Positions 53,901 to 64,000 of a stretch of 64,000 nt of DNA are shown here, in pieces. The DNA lies in NCBI RefSeq assembly GCF_000150275.1, contig NW_002060944.1:7317388-7381387 (forward strand), given 5' to 3'. The position numbers were made by a program, and so were the translations under genes. The first letter of the stretch is position 1, and every line of letters begins with the position of its first letter. The notes under the pieces are model-generated. The model was given only the letters and a program-made list of their open reading frames with translations, ran no database searches and was not told the origin of the DNA. Source of the stretch: Trichoplax adhaerens (Eukaryota > Animalia > Placozoa).

Positions 53901-54884
53901 TATTCCTCTCTCTCATAGCTTTAATCGTCTTTTATGTGAGCATATTTTAGTCAGCATTTTGTGGATAATACAGATGCTTTGAATTATTAAGACAATAGAA
54001 AGCGTTGCTTCGATAATAAATATTATTGATCTCATCTATTTGTTGACTCTTATGAGTTTATTTAAAATTGCTTCTTGATTCATCAAAGTGTAGGTAAGAT
54101 AATAGGATTTCAAAATGAAGGATGAAAGGCTCATTCTATAGTTTTATTTATTCATAAGATCAGACACAGAAAGCATCATCTTACGGTTCTTCTTTAAAGT
54201 AACTATAGCAACATCATGACGTTAAAGAAAGGAATATAAGTCTGTTAATTTAATTAACTTAATTTACAGCAAATAATGGCTAATTTTTCGTCTTTTGACC
54301 ATATATTGAACATCTTGATACCGCAATTACTAAGCAAATTTGCCTATATAATTTCTTATATGGAAACTATTTCATGTCTTGCTATTTGATACTGTTGAAA
54401 AGCTTTCGATATGGAAATTAGATACGAATACAATCACGTGCTATCATGAGGCTTATTGTTAAGACAATATATGTCTTTTCCCTTCGTTTCCATAATGTGA
54501 TTGATTGATTGATATAACTAGAAAAAGACCGACTACCAATGTGATACTATTGTTTATGGCAGACTAATAGTTTAAATACACTTACTAAGTGCGGTCAGTG
54601 CAGTACTGCCGCTTATCCTTATACCTACTTCTGCAGCAGATTAATCATATATATGAACTTGGTTAGAACTATTTTGTGGTATAAATGTAATTAAAATTTA
54701 AATCGAGTTAAGACTATTATCGTTGGAATCTCCGTAAGCTAGAATCAAATTTGAAAGGTACCATGACTCTTCATGTTACTTTGAATTATTTATCCTCTAT
54801 TTTCACATTTCTCTTATTAAAATGTGATATAAAGCCTGGATCTATTTTGCTATACTGTATGGATTGAATGAATTAATGGAGCAT

Positions 54885-54950
54885 TAGCTGATTTTTAATT
54901 TAGAATTAATAGCTGATTTTTAATTTAGAGTTAATAGCTGATTTAATTTG
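54885..54950. repeat. Short intergenic tandem repeat, about 2.6 x 25 nt
   Basis: TAGCTGATTTTTAATTTAGARTTAA repeated. Confidence 0.85.
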
Positions 54951-55664
54951 AAGTACCGGTACTTGGACAGCTACTACTTGATGCTAGTACTGAATAGACC
55001 GCACTTAAGTTTCAATATGGATCATGATACGATCAGTGCTATATTTGGCGGGATAGCTAACCCTTGCTTAAAATAATTATCACTATTTTATAGCTTCTCT
55101 TTAATTCATCAAATCATCTACTTTTCAATCCTGATTTGCTATATTCAAAGCCGAATACTAATTAGATGCATACGATCGAAACATTGACTTGTTAGCTGAT
55201 ATTTAAATGTTTCATCTTGCTTATATTTGACATATTCACTTGAAGACCCCTACAATTTAATACACTACTTAAATCTAAATTTAGGGCTTATAATAAAGTA
55301 CCCCTCAGCCGGATAGTAACATACTGTGAATATCATCCTTTAGAATAGGTGCTAGACAACTGCTGCGCAATAATAGTCTAGTTCCAATTTTTTGAATTCA
55401 AGTAACATTACTAAGCTTGAAATTCTCCTTTGTTTCATCGTGTGTAGATTATTTCTAACTTAATCAATACTTGGCTGTCATTCCCTATTCTTCATTTGCA
55501 ATCAAAATTATTATTTCGCCGGGCACGTCAAGGTACTGATATAAAAGTTGATAAATCAATAGTTAAAATCTACATTCAGTACTGTTTACTATTTCACCTG
55601 ATGTCTACTTTTTTACCGATGATCTCGCCATCAAATATGATACTAGGGAAAAATAGGTTGCCAA

Positions 55665-58600
55665 ATGAAGAAAAGAAAAATTGGCAATTTGACCTACAAC
55701 CTATCAAGGCTGCTTCTTTCCTATCTATTAATTCTAAATTGGAAGTATGCCCATACTCTAGGTAAGTGGAATAAGTACTGTAATAGTACAATGTAATAAT
55801 ATTATTAGATTCTAACCTCAGACTTCTCATTCCGTTCATGAATATTTTATTAATGAAAGTCAATAATGTGCTATAAAAGCAGTTCTCATTCATACGTAGC
55901 CTTTTATTTCTCTAAATATACCCTGATACTTATTTTACCGAAATTAATTTTTCAACACTAATGACACCTAACGTTAGCGAAATTGATCACCAACGGTATT
56001 TGACCCTTTATTAGCCTTTGAATAAAAATATAAAACAACACAATAAAATCAGAAATTTGATATCTACGCTCTTTTTCTTTCTCTAATATACGGGCGATTG
56101 ATGTTGATTAATTTAGTAAATAATTACTTTACTTTTACACATAGACACGCGTACTCTATATAATGTAATGGATATTTGTGTAGTATTTAGGCCATCATCA
56201 ACTTTAGATAATTATAATCTAAACTCGGTTGAATTTTTATATCTAATTGTTTCTGACTATAATAACTAATGCCCTAGTTCCAGCGTCATGATGTTAGCTT
56301 TATCTGTAATAGTCCAAGGCTAAATTTAGCATTAATGGATTTTTCAAATCATTCTAGTCGATTTAATGCCTCAATACCTAGAAAGTATTAGAGTTATATA
56401 TACAATTATACCGTATGTGAATAATGTTACCTGTCCATTCTAACGAACAGTTAGTAGTGTGAAACTGTGAAAATTCTATCATTCATTTTTTAAATAAATG
56501 ACATTGTTAATATTCAGTTAGTGTTTGCGATTTTGAGAGACGTTGCTTAATTACTCTTACTTAATGAAGCTATAAGTATTGAAGAATTGAATGAACTATA
56601 ATCGTTTACTGATAGGATAGAATTGCTAATTATATGAGTATTTATTCTGTCAAAGGCGATGATGGCGGACAAAACGGGTATTCGATGTCGGAAGCTGGTA
56701 AATTTAACTCGGAATGGATTGGAGTTGCGGAGAGTAAGTCAAAGATTGTTTTTAAATGTTTCTGTGAATTTATTTTAAATTATATTTACCTTGCTAAATT
56801 GTTAACGTTAGAAATGCCATAATTGAATTACTTCCATAGAAATCTTTAGTGTTCCATTTTTATTACATGGCTAAGAATGCTAATTGTATTAACAACTAAT
56901 GTTATTCATTAATTCTAATTCTAATTTTATGATTGATAAGGTCTATTTAGCCAAAATGAACAAACAGGAGTAGAGGTTATCTCGACAACAGTGGTATCTG
57001 AAAAACAAAATGGTAATTCATAACTTAGAATGATTATCCTCTGTAAGATGTTAACTCCCAGATACGCAGCTCTGCCTCTTCATAGTCACTCACAGTTAAA
57101 TGAATGACAGAAAAAGGGAGCAAGTAGACTCTGCTTATTGAAAGATGGAATATTTTTGGGGGACTTGGAGTTACAAATTTCTTCCTATAAATGAGTTATG
57201 AACGATACAAATACACTGAACGCGGGTTTGTTGCATACCGCTATGTCGTATGTACTAGAAATCAACAGTCTAACGCTATCTACGCACACTATAATAATTC
57301 GTACTGAATAATTATTGAGAAAATTTTTTCTCTGCTACCTTCTATGCAAATATATCTATAAATTACTGAATACTGCTTCTTTAGTAACTCATGATTAATC
57401 TCAACTTTACCAAATATCCATAGAGACTAGAGTCTCTTGCCTCTGAGAAGATATTCTACTACCTTCCGTGTTCAACGTACGCATGAGGACGGAGATAGTG
57501 ATGCATATAGAACGGTTTTCTAATTTCTTCTATCACAATTATTAATTAGTTGTACTTTAATCCACGTAATAATAAATGGAATAATTACTTGAAAAGAAAT
57601 TAAATACTGTCCTTAGTAATTGCCCTCATCCTACCTCGTAATACCCTGTTATAAAATCATAATATTGGCTTCCTATGCATTTTACGAAACTTTCTATCTC
57701 TATTGAACATAAAAAATCTTCGACTGACTGACGTACATCCCTCGCAGACATTAGATGTCTTTATTAATAGAATAAAAATATAAGCAATGTATTGTAAATC
57801 AAGTAGTGATACTCAATATGCTGATCAACCTTAAATGTATCCTAGATTAGGCCACACTTAGTATTTAATTATTATCCTTAGTAATCACCTTCATCCTGCC
57901 TCGAAATACCCTGTTATAAAATTACAATATTGGCTTCCAATGCGTTTTACGAAACTTTCTATTTACTAAATAGGAAAAATCTTCGACTGACTAGCGTACA
58001 TCACTTGCAGACATTAGGTGTGTAAGCAGTCAGTTGTAAATCAGGTAGTGATATTCAATATATTGATCAACGTTAAATATATCCTAGATTAGGCCGCACT
58101 TATTTGCGGCTTATTTTATTTGTAAAGGCCATTTGCCTAGCCAAATTCTGATCAAAGGCAGAATACTGCGCTCGCGGTTTTTCTCCTACTTTTTACTATA
58201 CTTCGTACGGTACATTAGTGCCAGCTGTAGACTGTCCGCTCACTGTACTGTACACTCAGTGTCAATCTACCGCAGTACCAACAGGTATTGGGTACAACTG
58301 CACGAGCTTCTTCCCTCCGATTCATACTCCTCTTTCCTAGACGAACCGTCTAAATTTGAAAATGGTGTCCGCCAAAAAGTTTAATCCTCTTTTTTATTTA
58401 TTGAAATTATAAGTTTTCACTTTACTTTACCTATAGTAAAATTCTACTTTATCATTATTATGCAAGAGTAAATATGATCGAGGGATATCATACTTCAAGT
58501 CTCCAATTTATTGATGAAACTGCCATGTTGCAGAAATTTCACTGGCTATACTAGAATGTAATATTTTACTTTTTAGAAGGATACTTTTTGCTGTTGGAAT

Positions 58601-61600
58601 CATTGAAGGCTAAAATTTTAGCTTTACCGCAATTAAAGTAGAAATATCAGGATATAATTGTATTTTACAACAGCAAATACTGCCAAAGGTCTAAAATTCT
58701 AGAATTACTTCAGCAGTATATGATGATCATATTTGAATGAAAATCATAGAAGGATATATATAGCCATCATCGCTGGGTTCTTAGTACAAGTGCTGTCAAC
58801 ACTTTTTTTTGTAAAAACGAACGGGTATTGAGTGCAACTTCACCGGCTTCAGACCTCAAATTCTATCTCTCTGCAGGACGAACCTTACAGTTTTAAATTG
58901 GTACCTGCAAAAATGTTTAATGCTCTTTTTCATTTATTGAAAGCTGTAAGTTGTCGCTTTACCTACGGTAAAAATTCTATGCAAGACTAAATACGTAGAT
59001 TAATTAGAATTATCGAAGGATGTCATGCATACAGTCTTAAATTTAATAAGGGAATTGAAATATTACAGAAATTTCACTGGCAGTATTTAAAAAATTATTT
59101 TAGAATTACTGAAGGCTAAAATTTTGATTTTACCGTAACTAACTCTTGTAGAAATAGGAGGATATAATTCTATCATGTAAGATGAAAATACTATCTCTTG
59201 CGCACGCATATATCCAACAACTCACAAGAAGTGACACTATTACCATATCATAGCGTAACATACAACACTATCAAAGATAAAATTCTAGAATTACCTTAGC
59301 AGTATATGTATGAAGATCATTTTTAATGTAGAATCATGGAAGACTGTCCATCCATCATCGCTTTGGGTGGGTCCGTAGAGCACATGCTGTAACAATTGTT
59401 TTAGTAATTATGTGAAAGTAAAATTTTTTGTAAGTCTTCCTTGATAAAACTAAAATTTTATAAAATTACAGTGACAGGATTTCAATGTCATTTTACATGA
59501 TTAAAGGCTATGAGTTTTTGCGGATCAATTCGATTAGATGGACTAACCTTGTTTTACCAGGCTTCAACCTGACATAGCTCGGGAACGGTATCGCGGTCGT
59601 GCCGAGACTTAATCGGGGATCAATTTGATATCACGTTTTGCTTCGCTGTCTGTTCGAAAGCATTTTATAATACAGTACTCTAAAATGGTCGCTATTGTCT
59701 AGCCTAGAGAGTTTAGGGTCTCTAGACTAACCGATACTCGTTTTTCATAAAATTAACCCAGAATTAAAGTAAATAGTTTGCAAATTTTAATTCATTTTAT
59801 ACTAATTTGCAATATTATACTATTGAAATACGTACACTTATGTATTCTATTCACTGCACTTGAAAGGAAATTAGGGATTATTTTTCCGTTAAAGGATGCA
59901 TATCTTGAAAGTTGAAACTAAATATTCTAAGAAATAAATTTAAAGTTTATGAAGGAGCAGACCTTGTCTGTCCTTGCTCAGTTTGTACAGCTTTTATTCT
60001 AATTATCGAATAGGCATCACTACGTCATAAATTCGGCCGTGTGCACTGCGTAGTACTTGTCCTACAGAGCAAACGGTAGTTAAATGTTGAGCGTTCGTAC
60101 CCGTATAGCAGAACGTTGAAAGTTTTGCCGTTTATAATTGCAGTATAAGCGCTTACGTATCCCAAGTTTTGTTATATTAAATTGATAGTTAAACTATTCA
60201 AAGCATAATATGTTTTGCATGGCTTTCCTGTCCTAGAAGACGTTAATGAATCATTATTAACAGAACACATAGTGCCAGCATCGCTCAACAATACCCAGGA
60301 TCACATTACTACTGATGGGGTAACAGCTTCATCATCGGTGCAAGTGTTAAATTTAGAACATACGCAGGTATCAGTATCTGTAGGAAGTGAAGACCAATTT
60401 GGTACAGATAGCATATTGAATTCGAAATCACAATTACAGCCCATCTCAAGTGAGACTATATTGGCCTTCGAAGATGACACCATCGGAATTAACCATTTAT
60501 CTTCACAGTACTGGAAATACACAATCTGTGCAACCGACAGCCTCATCATTGCATTTATCTAACGAACTGGAAAGTAGTCACCAAATAGCAGCAACTGATG
60601 AACAGTCTAACATCGATTATACGACTTCGCTTCTAGCTGATCAATTACATTCAAATGCTCCTACGTATGGTAACATAGATAATCCGATCACTGCTGGTAT
60701 TTTATCATCCGGAGATGAAACTAGGCTTACAGGTAGCCATTATAAGCAATTAACAAAATCTCAATTTTTGTCATCAGTACATTATGTTAAAATTTCTACA
60801 TTTTCTGATCATATCGATTCTAATTTCATCTGCATGTCTTCAGATAAAGTTTTAATCTCTATGAAAGAGTCACCACAATGGACTACGCAAAATATCCTGT
60901 ACACACCGAAAGCATCGATAATTCCTGAGAGTGATATCACAGTAGATAAAACAAGCCAAGACGATAATTTGCAAGAATTAAGAAGTACGACTACGAAAGT
61001 AATATCTAACGTTAACATAGATTTAAGTAGCATGCTTCAAAACGAAGAACAGGAAGAATCTGCGAGTACACTACAATCAGCAATAGATAATTTCGTAGTT
61101 TCATCGCCTGTTAATAATATCGAATCAAATTCTATCGATATTATATCAGATAAAATTTCAATTTATTCTGATGGATTATCACAAACGAATACACATAACA
61201 TCATGTATACACCGGAAGCATCGATACAAACAGAGAGCAACATAATAGCAGATATAACAAGTCAAGACGAAAACTTACAAGAAACACGAAGTACAACACT
61301 AATATCTGACGTCAATATAGAACTAAGTAGTACAATTGGAAAAGAAGAAGAAAAAGAATCGACTAATATCGACAACATTATATCTGCAACAGGTAATAAA
61401 GTATCGACTATAATAATAAGTACACATAATTAAGTTATACTACTGCATATAAAGTACTTGTAATCATACAACTATTATGCTTATAGTTACTGTAATAGAC
61501 ATATAATAAAATTTATGTATATAGTGTATATAGTATTAAAGACACTATTCAATATTGCAATAACTAATTAAACTCAGAATAGATTACATACTTAAGATAT

Positions 61601-64000
61601 ACGTGCTATAAATATATTACATACTATAGACATACAAGAACCAAGTAAAGATCAATCGATATTACATACGCTACAATCAACAATAGATAATTTCGAAGTT
61701 TCATCGCCTGTTAATAATATCGAATCTAGTTCTATCGATATCATATCAGATAAAGTTTCAATTTATTCTGACGGATTATCACAAACGAATACACAAAACA
61801 TCATGTATACACCGGAAGCATCGATACAAACAGAGAGCAATATAATAGCAGACATAACAAGTCAAGACGAGAACATACAAGAAACACAAAGTGCAGTACT
61901 AATATCTGACGTCGATATAGAACTAAGTAGTACAATTGGAAACGAAGAAGAAGATAAACAATCGACTAATATCGACAACATTATATCTGCAACAGGTAAT
62001 AAAGTATCGACTATAATAATAAGTACACACAATTAAGTTATACTACTATATATATATGCTAACATGCACTATACAGTACTCGTAATTACACAATTATTTA
62101 TTGTATTTATAGTTACTGTAGTAGTAGACATATAGTAAAATTTATACATAGTGTATATAGTATTAAAGACACTATTCAATATTGCAATAACTAATTAAAC
62201 TCAGAATAGATTGCATACTTAAGATATACGTTCTATATTACATACTATAGACATACAAGAACCAAGTAAAGATCAATCGATATTACATACACTACAATCA
62301 ACAACAGATAATTTCGAAGTTTCATCGCCTGTTAATAATATCGGATCTAATTCTGTCGATGTTATATCAGATAAGATTTCAATTTATTCTGACGGATTAT
62401 CACAAACGACTACACAAAACATCATGTATACACCGGAAGCATCGATACAAACAGAGAGCGACATAATAGCAGATATAACAAGTCAAGACGAAAACTTACA
62501 AGAAACACGAAGTACAACACTAATATCTGACGTCGATATAGAACTAAGTAGTACAATTGGAAACGAAGAAGAAGATAAAGAATCGACTAATATCGACAAC
62601 ATTATATCTGCAACAGGTAATAAAGTATCGACTATAATATTAAGTACATGCAGTTAAATCATACTACTGTATATACAGTACTCGTAATTACACAATTATT
62701 TATTACATTTATAGCTACTGTAGTAGACATATAATACAATTCATGTATACTGTATATATTATTAAAGACACTATTCAATATTGCAATAACTAATTAAACT
62801 CAGAATAGATTACATACTTAAGATATACGTTCTATATTACATACTATAGGCATACAAGAATCAAGTAAAGATCAATCGATATTACATACACTACAATCAA
62901 CAATAGATAATTTCGAAGTTTCATCGCCTGTTAATAATATCGAATCTAATTCTATCGATATTATATCAGATAAAATTTCAATTTATTCTGATGGATTATC
63001 ACAAACGAATACACATAACATCATGTATACACCGGAAGCATCGATACAAACAGAGAGCGACATAATAGCAGATATAACAAGTCAAGACGAAAACTTACAA
63101 GAAACACGAAGTACAACACTAATATCTGACGTCGATATAGAACTAAGTAGTACAATTGGAAAAGAAGAAGAAAAAGAATCGACTAATATCAACAACATTA
63201 TATCTGCAACAGGTAATAAAGTATCGACTATAATAATAAGTAGTACACACAATTAAGTTATACTACTGTATATACAGTACTCGTAATTACACAATTATCC
63301 ATTATATTTATAGTTAGAACTTAGAAGACATAAAAGTAAAATATATACATAGTATATATATAGTATTAAGGGCAGTATTCAATATTGCAATAACTAATTA
63401 AACTCAGAATAGATTACATACTTAAGATATACGTACTATATTACTTACTGTATACAAGAACCAAGTAAAGATCAATCGATATTACATACACTACAATCAA
63501 CAATAGATAATTTCGAAGTTTCATCGCCTGTTAATAATATCGAATCTAATTCTATCGATATCATATCAGATAAAGTTTCAATTTATTCTGACGGATTATC
63601 ACAAACGAATACACAAAACATCATGTATACACCGGAAGCATCGATACAAACAGAAAGCGACATAATAGCAGATATAACAAGTCAAGACGAGAACTTACAA
63701 GAAACACGAAGTGTAGTACTAATATCTGACGTCGATATAAAACTAAGTAGTACAATTGGAAACGAAGAAGAAGATAAAGAATCGACTAATATCGACAACA
63801 TTATATCTGCAACAGGTAATAAAGTATCGACTATAATAATAAGTACACACAATTAAGTTATACTACTATATATATATGCTAACATACAATATACAGTACT
63901 CGTAATTACACAATTATTTATTATATTTATAGCTACTGTAGTAGACATATAGTAAAATTTTTACATAGTGTATATAGTATTAAAGACAGTATCAATATGC
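55665..64000 (+). CDS. Gene C (5' part only): third mucin paralog, signal peptide plus acidic S/T-rich exons; continues beyond the window
   Basis: 97-nt first exon 55665-55761 MKKRKIGNLTYNLSRLLLSYLLILNWKYAHTL(G), ending CTAG|GTAAG; small phase-1 exons 56656-56697 and 56941-57012 (72 nt, like 6222-6293); large exon 60237-61392 with a frame switch near 60463; then repeat exons. Downstream domains are not visible, so family assignment rests on the shared 5' exon structure. Confidence 0.75.
57611..58102. repeat. Intronic direct duplication, 2 x about 230-265 nt
   Basis: CCTTAGTAAT...ATACCCTGTTATAAAAT...TTTTACGAAACTTTCTAT...AATCTTCGACTGACT...CCTAGATTAGGCCRCACTTA starting at about 57611 and 57876. 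Confidence 0.9.
58340..59362. repeat. Older intronic direct duplication, 2 x about 430-490 nt
   Basis: Shared blocks GACGAACC, ATTTATTGAAA, CAGAAATTTCACTGGC, TGAAGGCTAAAATTTT, AAAATTCTAGAATTAC and CCATCATCGCT occur in the same order from about 58340 and 58878. Confidence 0.8.
61070..64000 (+). repeat. Gene C exon-intron tandem array, unit about 600-620 nt (363-366-nt exon), at least 4 full units plus the 3' end of the preceding exon
   Basis: Exons 61630-61995, 62251-62616, 62850-63212 and about 63459-63815 (DIQEPSKDQSILHTLQS...IDNIISATG; GCAACAG|GTAAT); runs off the window end. Confidence 0.95.

Noticed and set aside
54020-54098. Candidate signal exon ending GTAG|GTAAG
   Set aside because: In-frame stops upstream; at most a non-coding 5' exon, which cannot be supported.
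55496-55765. 89-aa ORF as the first exon of gene C
   Set aside because: The signal-peptide reading is in another frame (ATG at 55665), which matches the 97-nt exons of A and B.
57220-60070. GC-rich hairpins (about 57222, 59578, 59700) as Helitron or MITE ends
   Set aside because: No matching opposite terminus, target-site duplication or transposase sequence could be identified.

Overview
AT-rich eukaryotic (animal) genomic DNA with many short GT-AG introns and one assembly gap (26726-27200). The compact introns would fit an early-branching invertebrate such as a placozoan, but this is only a guess. The window holds a head-to-tail cluster of three paralogous multi-exon genes on the + strand: gene A (3382-25882), gene B (30436-50912) and the 5' part of gene C (55665 to beyond the window end). 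A and B encode very large type-I membrane mucins of the MUC4/SUSD2/Mesh (NIDO-AMOP-VWD) family. Their order is: signal peptide, acidic Ser/Thr/Ile-rich mucin region, calcium-binding EGF array, NIDO, AMOP, GDPH-VWD, Cys-rich and Ig/cadherin-like segment, EGF array, SEA, 3 EGF, transmembrane helix, cytoplasmic tail. All three genes open with an equivalent 97-nt signal-peptide exon. Most striking, each paralog builds its mucin domain from its own tandem array of near-identical exon+intron units (about 402, 495 and 600-620 nt; all phase 1-1). Gene B also has a 10-copy EGF exon expansion. Several single-base frame disruptions in mucin exons each have an in-frame bypass splice site nearby. The proteins combine a MUC4-type GDPH site with a MUC1-type SEA domain. 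Exon boundaries were read by hand; no transcript evidence was available.
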